Part shown: positions 39,229 through 52,400 of the stretch, one piece after another
Layout of the letters: every line of letters begins with the position of its first letter
Numbering within the stretch: position 1 is the first letter of the stretch
DNA from: Phoronis australis
Lineage: Eukaryota > Animalia > Phoronida
Reading direction: 5' to 3'
Assembly: GCA_002633005.1 (NCBI GenBank)
Contig: NMRA01000338.1
Coordinates: forward strand, 223,575 to 287,574
DNA: 64,000 nt
The notes under the pieces: model-generated
The model's input: only the letters and a program-made list of their open reading frames with translations
Database searches by the model: none
Told to the model about the DNA's origin: nothing
Program-made: the position numbers and the translations under genes

Positions 39229-40315
39229 CACAGGCGCTTGGGTTTATCGCAAATGACGTCACTCATAATATATAAGAAAACATAAAGGTTGGACACTCTA
39301 AATCTGTTTGCTCAGAATTTTCTACTCAAATGTGCATGGAACTCCACGAAACTAGCATCGAACAACTCTTAGAATACTTTCTTTCATTCGATCTCTTCAA
39401 ATTGCCTTCAAGTGGTAATTTGGCGACAAAAATGCCAAAATAATGCCAAATCACAAATTCCGTGATGTCATGACAGACGGTCTTCGCACATCCGGGTTTT
39501 GACAGACGCTCCCGAGCTAAATTCGAAAGTCTAATTTCGCGCGGCTTTCGCCGTCAATCCATCCACTACTTGATCATGAGAAGCAGACAGCACTTTATTG
39601 CCAAATAAATGTAATTACTCACATATTTGTGTCAAATATAAAATGCGAAGTTTTTTGTGTACTGTGATTTCTTATGAAGGTTTTACTTTTGGCCAAAACC
39701 ATTGAGTTAACTCGTCGGCCACGCGCACAGTAATACTTGCACGGACTGCGTTTCCTGGCCGAGTGTGTGTTGTGCTTCAACCAAAAAAGTGCGTGATGTC
39801 AAGATGAGAAACAAGATACGCCAGTTTATGTAATAAAATTCTAAGTTAAGGGCTAAAATGAGCCGTCAGTGGAATAAAGTTACAAATAATCATTAAAATA
39901 CTAACTTTAACATTCTCAATTAGTTGAGTTTTGGATTAGAGTAATTCAATTTGAAATATAGGTTGCTTGCTCAAACTCGAAGTTTCACCTACGACAGGCG
40001 TACAAGTTGAAGCACAACTGAAATCCGCCATGTTTACTATTTCAGGTCCTTGAATTCAGAGTTTTGTGATTGTTTTGGAAATTCCATCGCCAATTCACCA
40101 CTCACGAAGACAGTTAATGGGATCTAGGAAAGATAAGGCTTCGAAGGTTTATGCAACACCAGACTGAGGGAGGTGCACGCAGATTTTATTTGGATTTTGG
40201 ACGGTTGAAGTTGGGAGCCTCGGCTTGGCAAAGTTTAAGTGTCCAACCTTTATGTTTTCTTATATATATATATATTATTGAGTGACGTCATTTGCGATAA
40301 ACCCAAGCGCCTGTG
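39229..40315. mobile_element. Non-autonomous DNA transposon with ~80-bp TIRs and 8-bp TSD (P- or hAT-like)
   Basis: TIR cacaggcgcttgggtttatcgcaaatgacgtcactca...; flanks ATCAAATA / ATCAAATG. Confidence 0.85.
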
Positions 40316-42009
40316 ATCAAATGTTGCTGCTCGTTTTCCCCCGATTTATGACGTAATAAAGAATGGCAAGGCATGGCGTTCGTGGTGGTTGTGACAACTT
40401 AGTGTTTGTCGACGCTGTGACTCTCTTCACTTTCCCGCGAAACATCGGAGAAGCGCGGATGTGGCACAAATTTGTGCAAGGAACTCGCGTGTTAGCATGA
40501 AACGCTAGCGCTGGCTACGTTCATACGTCACACTCAAGTCCGTGGAGCTGAGAAACTTTCAACTGAAGCCTTTTTCGTCTATTTTCTCGTTTTGGGATAT
40601 TGAATTCACGATTGTGATTTACAGTGCTATAAAGGAAGGTTTAAGGATACTGACCATGTAGTCAATAGTCAAGACAAGGTAAATGTTGGTTTTGAGCACA
40701 ATTATGAACTCGGGCTTCACGAATTAAATTATACACATTCACTTCCGTTATAAGTGAAATGTCAGTTATACAGGGTGATTCTACTGAAATGAGCCCCAAA
40801 CATTTGCTTATATTATGTGAACTTAAGTTAGGGACCTGAAACCATATACAAACCTGCAAATGCACAATTCGATTGGGAGCAAACTCTGTAGGACGCGCTG
40901 CAAAAAGATAGTTCAACGCAGCTTGTCTACGTTTACTGGCAGTGTATCGATTCGCGTTCCCTAGTTGTATTCCTTAGAGCAGCGAGTTTTTCAATTTGGA
41001 AAGGCGCATTGAGTTGTGCTTAGATCCTGGGGTACATTTCTAGCACCTACTGTAAAAGTGCTGGAATTCACAGTTGTAAGACAACCATCTGGTCAGCTCA
41101 GGTAAGCCATCGTTACAGGCACCTGGTGCTTAGTCATTGGACTAAATCCAACGATCATCGAGAAAACCGCTGAGAATTGTGTGGTCGAAAACTTTAGCAT
41201 TTAAAACCTTCAACATTAGCATGAGCTTTTAAAAACATTAAATTGGAACTCCGCGAAATTTGAACTGTTTGACTCTATTGAAAAATAAGATTTGTGGTGT
41301 TTGCTTTTTGGGCGAAGCTAGTAGGAAAACAAGCACACGCTATCTAGCACAAACTGACTTGAATACGTCCGCGTTTCATGTGGACGAAAAAACACATAAC
41401 CCGCGGGTTAGACAGCATGCGGAATGGCCTGTATTGTTAAACCTGGTTAAACAGTGTTTGAGTGTCATGCAGGGGCACATAAAGACCTAACAAAAATTCA
41501 TTGACATATTCCTCAACTGTTCAAATATTTACGCGCGCATTGTTGGATGAGACCTGGGCCCGAGATCTAATCCCCATACTTGAGACCTCGATTGAAATGT
41601 TGAAAATTGCATGGTAAGTTTCGAGTAAACTCTCACATTTGTGCTTGTGCTCGAGTCATACGACGTGATTACTTAATGTCGGAGTAGGCTGAGTAGAGTC
41701 AGACATCGAACACTTTTAATCCATGACACATTAAACTGTCGCTGGAATGGTCATGTGATAATTATTGAATACTGTGGTGACTTTTTTGAAGCCACCTTAT
41801 AGCGTCACCTCACGGTAAGGTACCTTAACTTGCGCTGAAAAGTCGTTGTAACGTAAGGTGACCTCGAGCTTACCTTAGCAACACCTCTCGAACGTTGGAA
41901 AAACCAGTCGCAGTGTGTGATTATTGATAGAGAACATGGACCTGTTGTTGAGTATGCCAATGTTTATATGAATATGAATATTAATGATAATGTTGTGGGA
42001 TTTGTTGTT

Positions 42010-43145
42010 ATTACTCTGCGCGTGCAAGCGCAGAGTGCTGTTGTTCCTAGGTTTTCTTCAATTTTTTTCTTCTTATTCTTCTTCCGACCAACTTTGAGGC
42101 TTAATAACTCCAGAATGCGTGAAAGTATGTTCTTTAAATTCAGCATATGATTTTTGACAGAACATAAATTTTGATTCTATATTGCACCGGAAGAGGTCGT
42201 TTGGTGCACAGGTCATGTAATTTTCAAAATGCTACTCCTTCAGTTTCAAAGCTATCTTTTTCAAATTCGGTGCACAGATATAAGTCAACAAGACAATCTA
42301 AAAATTACTTTTCTAAGTAATCGAATTATCCAACCAGATAAAACAGGTCAAAGGTCATTAGGTGCAAATTAAAATTTTGAGCTAGACACTCATTTAGTGC
42401 AACCATGGGGTCATTAGGAGCATTTTTCTTCAGAAAATTTGTCATTTTCATTCACCAAGTATTCTGATGTGTCAACCGTTAGACAAGTGTGATTCTCAGC
42501 ATTAAACACACGTTTCACGAGCTTTACAATAATTCTCCTAAAGACGCTTATAATGCACCGGATAAGGTCAGTTATTGAAAGGTCACCTAACGTTCAAAAT
42601 GTTATATCTCCTACATTTTTCAAGGAATTCTTTTCAATTTCAGCACACTAGTGTAAGCCAACATGCCAATTGAACACCCTACTTTACTACGCAATAGGCC
42701 TAACCAATCAGAAAAAATAAGTCGAAGGTCATTGAGTCCAAACTAAAATCTTGAGCTAGGGACTTCAAAAATACACATATGTTTAGAAAATGCGATTGAG
42801 TTTCAATTCTAAATTTTCAGGTCATTTGGTGCACCCATGGGGTCATTAGGTGCATTTTTCTTCTGAGAGTTTGGCCAATTCATTCATCTTATATTCTGAA
42901 GTGCTTAAAGTAAAGCATGTGGGATTCTTAGCATTAGCCACACTTTTAATCGAGTTTACAATTACTCCCTCATCGGGGCTCATAATGCACCGGAAGAGGT
43001 CAATTAGTGGAAAGGTCATCAAAATATTAACGTGTAATTTCTCCTACAATTTTAAAGTATACCTTTTCATATTGGTAAACGGGTCGTTGTCAATAACTTT
43101 CCATAACAATTCTAGTAATACGCACGCGCAGAGTCCATTATTGTC
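42010..43145. mobile_element. Helentron/HINE-like element with internal diverged tandem units
   Basis: cgcgtgcaagcgcagagt (~42021) and cgcacgcgcagagt (~43121), a ttcttcttattcttcttccg tract, and three ~370-430-bp units each containing tgcaccgga(a/t)(g/a)aggtc (~42183, ~42554, ~42986). Confidence 0.5.
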
Positions 43146-45937
43146 ACGCCCTGACAATAATCTTTCTAGTTTTTATCGTCATTATTCGAATGTTTTGTTA
43201 ATATTATATTTGTAACAGACACTTGAATTTTAATAAATATTATAATATTGAAATTTCTATTTTAATAGTTATTATTAGTGTGATTAGTATTATTATTAGC
43301 GTTAGTACTAAGTACTTAGTATTATTACTATTATCATTATCATAATTATTAATAATATTTTATTACCCTGCAGCGCGTTTTCGGGTTCATGCGCCTACTT
43401 CCGAACTAAGACATTTTATAGAACTTCGCCTTTACCGTAGAATCTGGCAATTAAGGGCATACCCCTAATTGAGAAGATGCAGGTATAACGTAATAACCAT
43501 GCTCACTATGACACCTGAAAAATCTTATATATTCTTTATCAATACTGCTTGTGGCACCGTTACATATTATAATTGAGCAGCTTGTCACAATGAACGTCTC
43601 ATAATATGAAGAAGTGCTGTTGACGTTCCGGTGAAACTAGATGACTTTTTGGCCACTGAAGATGCTTCGAGTTCGTTATTTGCGACGACTGTGTAATTCT
43701 AATGGAGGACGTTTTACGCTCTCCGTAACCTGAAATTACTTCTTGTTAGTCACCCCTGCACTTGTTCTTGTAATCGATAACGGCTGTATAATAGTTAAAA
43801 AAGGGTCTCGTATAAATTGCGCTCACGGAAATTTTGTTTTCATCCAGGCAAATCATTAGTCCTAAGCGATACGTAATGTTCGAAGCTTTGTACCCTTTTA
43901 AAACTTCAGTGATGCATTTTGATAAAATGTTGACCAATATAAAAGGGGTTCACGTTGTCAAGGGTAAACTGCGGTTCCTATCAATATACAGTCGTTGACT
44001 GATTGATTATTTATATAGAACCTGTAAGAAAAAGCAGACATTGCAGATCAATAATTGGCGCGTGTTATTTTTAACGAGAAGTGCTTCTATAAGCAATCTT
44101 GTTTATGTTTTCCGCCCCATTTAGTTTGCGCCACGTCCCCACTTTTATTCTGGTCTCGTCAGATGAGGACCCAGCATTGCGGTGGTATTGTTGTGACGGA
44201 GAGTCACATTCACATGCAGCCACCCAGCTAGTTACATTTAATCTATCATAACCAGGCCATAAAGGAAAGGGAATAGTGACAAATTCCTAAAACAACATGG
44301 TCTACTTAGCTCGCGAGTAGCCAATTCATACGGAGCAGTGCAAGGTGATTTCGCTTGACTAGGCCACAGGTGTAGGCCTATATAAACACGGGTGATGACT
44401 ATGAATCATAAAGAGATGGTCAAGATAACTTTGGGCAAGTATTTGTCGCTGAACCAATGACCAGCAGGCGAAAGTTCCAGGGAGATATGGGTGATTCTTG
44501 ACAATTTTATGAAACGTCATTCAACCCCTTTGGAATGGCTGCAAGGTAGGTTGAATTAAATGTCAGACCCTAACCACGGCTCGCAATAGAACCGCGGTGT
44601 ATGAACGTTGGATTTTCCTCATCTTACTTGACTTTCTAGTGTGATCAATACCTAGTCAGGTCAGTTTTCATTAGGCTTGTAATGAAGCACGTGTAGTTTT
44701 GAGTGCCGAAAAAGAAAAAAAAACTTCTATAGGCGTTAATCACGTGGGCAAATGTGTCCTTAAAGATTGGCTGTTATTGTACTTGGGGGCCAGGGGTCTT
44801 TGGTACAACCAAACATTATGATTTTTAGTCTCGATGCAGAATTTATGGTAAATGTTTTCTATTCACGTGATGCAAGTTTTTTAAGTAAGAACACTCCAAC
44901 TGACCACGTATAGATAGGCTTTGAACTTTTGCTTTTAATTTGGTTGTGGTCAGAACTTTGTTAGGAGTCTGAATTGATAAAGGTCATGTACCATGGGTGA
45001 ACCAATGTTAAGGTTACTGTACATTCACTATCCCAAAGGTTGCCAAAGGTTGAGTCTCTGTTTTGTTTGATGCCGTTTAAAAAAATAGACGAGCGCGGGC
45101 GACATTAAATGTTTAGGAATACCGGCTATGCCTAGCAAATATGAAAATCCATCTTTCTTGTAATAAAACATATAGCATTATTTAACGTGAAGTTGTTACA
45201 AGCATTGCCTCTGTAAAAATATAAAGCAAACCCCTCTTCAATTAATTTAAAGTAGTTTGGAATATTTTGACGTAAAGCACGGTGGATGCGTAGCAAACAA
45301 CTTGATATTATCGCAATGAATGACCTGGTCTTTTGGTACACCCAGCGACTGTTTATTTTTTATTGTAAACAACAAGTAAAATATTACAGACCGTAGATTC
45401 ATGGGATAGCATGGGCATTGTCATTGGATTGTAGGACGTTTCTGGTTCACAAAAATCGACGGTAGAGATGAATGAAATCCTGCAATGTGTGGTCTGATGC
45501 TGAACGCAGAAATACTGAGAGGCGAAACGTATTTTTAGTACCAACGGATGCCTACAGTCGGTGCGCACTGACAGCTTTCAATGAAATCTATTTCGTTTTG
45601 GATTGCTTGCTTGGTCAATTATTTAAAAAGTTTCATCAACCACGTTATACACTCGGTTTGCTCCAACTGCCAACCTTTGAAAGGGGGTCAAGGAGGGGAC
45701 AGTTCAAACATGTGGCTACTGAGGAGGAGGTGCACACACATTTCCGGGGGTGGAATAGCAAGGAGAAATTTTAGTGCAATACTATCATAAAGGTGGTTAT
45801 AGAATTATACACATGGACTCGTACATCAACGCAATGGAAGTCAGACCGGAGGGTTACCAACAGCAAATCGAACTGTATTTGGTTTGGCATGTTAACATAA
45901 TGTTTAAGGACCGAGGCTCCTGTTTATGTATACATAA

Positions 45938-45975
45938 ACACACACACACGCACGCACGCACACGCATACACACAC
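45938..45975. repeat. (CA)n/(CACG)n microsatellite
   Basis: acacacacacacgcacgcacgcacacgcatacacacac. Confidence 0.85.
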
Positions 45976-47559
45976 CCTGTTTTGGGGACGCCTACTTTTT
46001 ACGTCTTTAAAGGTTATTAGAGTACAGTAAAGAGATGACAATTGTCGTATTACGAAGTTAGGATTGTACACTAACAAAGATAAGAAAAATACCATTCATG
46101 CCATATACAAACCTCACATTCACACACGGATCAGATGTCTAGACTTTTAGCTAAAGAGTGAATCTACAACAGACCATCTGATTTCAAATTGAATAAATTT
46201 ACAGTTTTTATAAAATTGAATTGTTCAACTTTAAAATAATCTAGAATTTCAATTTTTCAGTCGATCTAAAATGGGGGGAGGGTGTAAATTCGTTAGTCTA
46301 CTTTTATATATGTGAAATTTAGTTAAACAAATTATGAGGTTAATGACATCTGGTGCACCAATTTTTACAAAAAATATCTTTTTGAGTTAAATTAAGCACT
46401 ACAGATTGTTTTCAAAAAAAGAAACAATTCGAACAAATGCCAAACGGATTTGATACTAAGACAAAGCCAATAAAGATGAATTAGGTTTTCAGATTCCTCT
46501 TCACAAAAAGTGCATCTACCCGAGTCCTTGACTCCAATTTTATGTAAAAGAGAAGTACAACTTATGATTCTATGCGATAGCCTAAATTGAAATCATTTTG
46601 TTTTATATCAGAATTAAAACAGAGAGATGAATTATAAACCTTTTCTCATCGCGTCTGGCCTGTAGAAATATTTAAGCTGTTTTTCCACTTAAATTCATAA
46701 TATTTTTTTAGTAACCGTTAATTAAGTGAGTGTAGGCTTTTTTATTTGAATATTCAGTAAATAACACTCTTAAAGAATTGTGAAAACATGGCAAAGTAAC
46801 AAACACAGAATTTAGGTCTAAGGAAAACAAATACTTTCTTATAGATTGTAAAATTCCAAAAGTTAATTAAAAACGAATTCTGGAAGAACGTTTCATCGTA
46901 TTTCTGAACTAGACCATCTCACAATTGCTGTTCACTTCTGAATTAACCACAGTGGCATAATTCACTTATCAGAATTGACAATAAGACAATATTTATAAAA
47001 CAATATAATGGCAAAGTTGTCAGATATTTCTACGACTTAGTAGACATTAACGGCAACTTTTCTGGTTATGAGTCTTTTTATAATTATATTTCGCTCAATG
47101 TTCACAGCGTTCCTGAGGATCTTCGACATTATTAAATCCACTAATTTAAGAGGATGCCTGACGCTGACGTATTAACGTCATATTTCCCTTTGTAATAAAA
47201 ATTGTGACTAAAAACGAGGGCTTCGCTTCTCATGCCAGGCTCAGTTACTAGTCAAATTACTAGTCAATGCGTAAGACCAGTCTCCAGAGAAAAGTGGAAA
47301 TTGTAGTTGCAGTAGAGACGAGAGGGAAGTTTGATGGAGCATGTGGAAACACATGCAAATAACATCACGTGTCTGGAGATAAAAAACTCCGATGATTCCA
47401 ATTTCGGCCAATTCGCACTTATTTGAGCATAAAAGCCCAGAATCGTTGTTACATTTGTATGTTAATTGGTCCTTTTACAAGCTCGTTTTGGACCAGTGTT
47501 GGTAGGTGGTGCTCCCCAGATAATGAGAATGTGATATTCGACGAAAAGTAGTAGTATTA

Positions 47560-47817
47560 CATGCGCGTACTCAGAGGGGGGGGGGGCTTGAGGGGGCTCG
47601 AACGAACCCCCAAGTTTGGCGAAGTGGACTAAAAGGTTCGCCTCAGAGAAACGCAAATTCCGAAATAAAGTAGCAAACGAGTTCATTAAAAACAGGAACT
47701 ACCACAAGTCGACGAATGCAAAATTCATAGCTCTGAACGCACACCTTGAATCTTAGTAAAAGGTACACATTCTCAAAAATTCGAGCCCCCCAATTTTTAA
47801 GGCTGGGCGCTCGCATG
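47560..47817. mobile_element. MITE with CATGCG termini and G/C tracts
   Basis: catgcgcgtactcagagggg...gctgggcgctcgcatg with TATTA on both flanks; the right end is also seen at ~8860-8903. Confidence 0.6.
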
Positions 47818-49250
47818 TATTAGGGTAAGCAGAAATGCATTCAGTCGTAAATTTTATGTCAAAAATTAAATTCGCCAAATACCACGACGTGAACGGACAT
47901 CGATCGAAATCTACAAGAAATCACTTAGTTAGTTTGTGGACACGCGGTGTAAAAAATGTGACGGGGGGGGGGGTCAGCTGAGATTACAAGGGTCCGAGAC
48001 ACACTATGACTGAAAGCCCTGCGAGCAACCTTAGGAATGCTATGTTGAGACTGTGTCCCCCCGGGAACCATGACAGACCATGTATTCGTGAACATAAACA
48101 CGCGGTACTGATGGTGATTAGTGAGTGATGACTTGGTGTGTACTGAAACAAATTATCCGAACTTTCAGGTATTTAGAGACAGTTTACGGCATTCACCCCA
48201 TTTGTCACTTTGTGAGTGCAACTACAAAGGAAATGAAAAGTACATATTCAAAAACGTTCGCAAGTGAGTTTGTTCAACGACTCCCTCACGTGTGCAGTCT
48301 TTTTCACTTGACTGTTAAGTTTGCATTTCACTGGCTGAATCAGATGTGAGCCATAAGCTTAAAGATTACGCTGTAGGTTATTCAAGTACTACTTAGTAGC
48401 ACTAGAACCCTACCACAGACAATGCTTTCATGCCTTAACTTTAGCCCCCATCCGGGGATTTTGCTAATTTTATCAAATGATGAGAGAAGTGACGCACATT
48501 CATCTATTATTTACCACTACAGTGCGTGTTTTGAGGAACAGAAAATATAACATAATACTTCAGGAAGGGGTCTTTTTATCAGTCGATTGCCACGTGATCC
48601 GCAAGGTCTGTATTATTTGTTCCCTTTGTCGGCAGTAGAGAATAGAACGGGACTCAAATATTTACGCGAGGCTGTGTTGGATATTCATCACGCGTCTTTC
48701 GAATTACAAATACGAGCAAATGGTTTGCTCCGGTTCGCTATTCATTCTTCTTTAGTTGAAGACTCAAATCGACCTGGTCCCGCGATTTACACATTTTCTG
48801 TGAGAATTGCTGTGTCAGTTTATGATGTGACATGACCTATTGTGAGTAGCTTATTGGTAGGTATTCAAGCTGAACGTAGGCTACACTAAGTTGATAAAAT
48901 CTCTTTCATATTCTGAGGCAATTCTCTCAAGCACGCAGTTTAATAGCATTTGCTGAGCAGACGATGACGTGTGTCAACATATTCGGTCAACGCATTTTCT
49001 ACAAGCTGGGACCTGGTTGCTTTGCATAGTAACAATTCTGTGATCCAGGTGTTATATGCGGAAAATTTGACCTCTACACACCAGCGATATACCTTTCATT
49101 GTTTGTATTTGGTTTTAGATGTAGGTGGACGTAGGAAGACTGATCTACAAGAGTGAAAACATCTTGGTTGATTTGTAACTGGGTGTGACAAATTGTTAGT
49201 CACACTTCGCCCAAGTTGCTATTACAAAGCGGGCTGGAACTCTGAAAACG

Positions 49251-49422
49251 ATGGCAAAACAGCAAGTGGAAGTTCATCTTTTCACAATATACGCAATAGT
49301 GTTGACTGGTTTTTCGGGACTTGGATATGCCCATATTGTTCTGAAGTTCCCCTACGCACGGACGTACCCCTTGGATTTCCTCGACACTGCACGAACTCCC
49401 GGAGAGTGCGGAATGCCTGCAG
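49251..49422 (+). CDS. Exon 1: signal peptide + mature N-terminal His
   Basis: MAKQQVEVHLFTIYAIVLTGFSGLGYA^HIVLKFPYARTYPLDFLDTARTPGECGMPA g|gtatgc. Confidence 0.9.
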
Positions 49423-52400
49423 GTATGCTATTTTTAAGGCAACATGTCTCTTTCGTAAACTACATGTGAGCCAAGTTTCCAACCTTGTTCGACAGTTAGT
49501 ATAATTCAGAAACGTTCTTAGTGTAGTTATTGAACAGTATACATGTCGCACGTACTGTTTCAGCGGCCGTTACCCGACAAGCAATACTTGTAAGGCAAAG
49601 TGGTATCGCTAAAGAAAATATGTGACTCCGGTGTAATGATAGGACATTTAGAGCGATTGTGGTAAACAATTTAAATGACTTCAGCCACTATGTAGATGAA
49701 AATTTTTTCACGATGTGGCCAGAAACACGTTTTGACGAAGTGTGTTGACTTTTAGTGATGTATCAGTATGTACCAGATTGCTATACATTGAGCTTGCACG
49801 TATTTGTTTGTGTTTTGTAATTGTATACATTGCATTATGGTGTCATGAGAGGTGAGAAAAAAATGGAATGGTGCACTATCTACAATATAACTGCTCAAAG
49901 TCGGTATTTTAATTGACTTCATTAACCCAGCTCTGATCGTCTCTCACTCTGAACGATACGATATGCAGATATGATAGGCAAACCCAATTTATCCCCATAC
50001 TCTATCTATAGTTGACTCTTCTGATTATAAGTTCACCCGACTACGTGTGTACATTACATTGCTTAATATTGGTGCCACTGTTTACTCAAATTTGTGTTAC
50101 TCAAATTGCGTATGAGCATGTGCAATCGAGTAAAGAAACGCTAAAGTAGTTTAGAAGATGAGACGGAAGCAATAAGAATTCTGCACATTACTTAACAGAT
50201 CCACCGCACTTCATGCTTCTGTAGCACACCCTTGAGAAAGAGCGCATCGCTCGATACGTGGGGATATTTTAATATATTTTAGTACCGACGCTCGTCATTT
50301 TAGTTTTACTAGTTTTACTATTTTATATTTTTATTCGTCGGTAACTGCACGGCATTGCAACATCTATTTGATTTCATGCTTCTTAAAACTGCTGTAAACC
50401 CTTGTTCCGTCTGAGAAATTGACTTTTGATTTGGACCAAATACTGCTATACAACTGGCCTCATTGTGTTCTTTACCCAAAGGAGACGTGGATTTGGACCA
50501 GCATACAACTGGCAGCTCGGCATTGCTTGCGACCATTTCCGGCATAGCGTTTAAGTGACCCGGTATGACAAACTGTACCTGGTATCACGCAATGAACTTT
50601 AAAACACGCAATGGTTTTTACAATGATAAGTGCCTGAAATCCCTGTTTTTTACAGAAGCAAGTGTGTGGCAGCTTTAACTGTGGACCCATCATCACGTCA
50701 CTGGCCGAAGAATAGATTCAATATGTGCTTTTGAAATTATCTACCTGTCCTTTGTCAGGATGCACGTTCAGCTTTACAATTGTTTGTATCAGTGCTGCTT
50801 CTAAGATATTGTACGATTGCATATTCCACCAGTCGTTTTCCTTTTGGAGTAACACGAAATTGCTTACAAGGCGCTTAGGTTCCCTGACTATTGGAGGCAA
50901 ATTCGTTTGAAAGTTGTGGTGAAAAGCAGCAATGATTAATTAACGTGCAGCTGTAACTTATAACCAGGAGCACGTCAACCGTTACGATTTAAAATATTTT
51001 CAAACTCTCAATTGCGCTGTACATAACCAGAGTATTTCTTGATTTTAGGCGTTGCAGGCAGTCCCGTGACAGAATTTAGAAGTGGTGCCACTATAAACGT
51101 CACTTGGCACATGGCGTTTCCCCACAGGGTGAGTTGGTTAAAACGTAACCGGGCACAGAAACTCTTGTAAGAGTTTTGTTCTGCATGGGATGAGTGTATG
51201 AGTGAAGACTAGCGCTTGTAGGAACCCATCCAATATTCGGTACACAGAAATAGTTCTTGGGGTTTGCTCATCGGAAGTACAATCTATCTTTCTCTTCCCA
51301 TACTTCGATTGAAGAGATCCGTTCCGCGTCAACAAGCTTCGTCATAAAATACGAGAATATCCGAATACGGAGAAACGTTGATAATTCGCATGATAAAAGA
51401 TGTGATTTGTAACGAGGAAGTCGTACATAAAGAAATGCGGTGTCTACTTCAGTCGACCGAGACAAAAAATCGCTGAGTCACTATCTGCATGATCTACCAT
51501 CTGCTATTGTGTCACTGAAAATTATAACGTCAAATGCTCTCAGCAATGGCTTTATTTTTAGCAAGTTTAATTACTCGTTGTAATACCTGTCAACGATTTA
51601 GTCCACCACACAGTACATTGTTAATTTAGACCCGGTTGCATAAAAGTAATATGTATCTTGGATAGCAACAACGACGTTGCATTATCACGCATCATGTTAC
51701 CATTGTTGAGCAATGTATTTGACGTCATGTAACAATCAGAGTTATCCAGCGGATATGTTTTAAGGCATTCAGCCCGGAAGTTGTTACCGACTTCACGCTA
51801 CTCATCCGTGGGTTTCAACATTCAGTGTTGTGTGGAGACGAAAGGAGTCGCGTTGCGCAATGTCCGCCAGCGACATTCAACTAATTTGTTGCTAAAAAAA
51901 CTAGTTTCCATACTTATACTGTGACAAGCCGCCGACAGTCGCCTATTGAGACATGTGCGGCACTGCTGTCGTATAGTATCGACAACTACGAGGTTATCTA
52001 CTCCAAACTTTCGCGCCAACCATTGTCGGTTATGAGTCAAGCGAAGATGACCAGAAAACTGACTACCCGAACTGTTTTGCCGATGTAAATAGGCTAGAGG
52101 CTGGTGTAGAGGCATCAATACATTTTAGGAATGATTGTAAAAATGCTTTTATCAAGAAGAATTTATTATGCTTTTCATGGGCGGATCCAGGATTTTGAGT
52201 TGGGGGGAGGCAGGGAGGCAGGGCACAGGAATAACTAGAATTTCGCCTTATGCGCGCGGCCAACCTAAAATGGGTCTCGAATTTTTGGGTTTGTGGACCT
52301 TATTACTAAAACAAAAAACGAGGTTTGTTCAAGGCTGATGCATTGTGCATTCTCCCCTCGAGCTCCCCTGGGTGCGCTCATATGCTAGTCAGCAATTCGC

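Noticed and set aside
44140-44180. Hammerhead-like CTGACGAG core on the minus strand
   Set aside because: No closing stem II plus GAAA found.
45774-45820. YHKGGYRII resembling PHRGGYRIE of the His-brace gene
   Set aside because: Short match with no flanking similarity or splice context; likely chance.
50318-50900. Cys-rich minus-strand ORF fragments in intron 1 of the DOMON gene
   Set aside because: No recognisable domain or consistent splice signals; possibly a decayed repeat.
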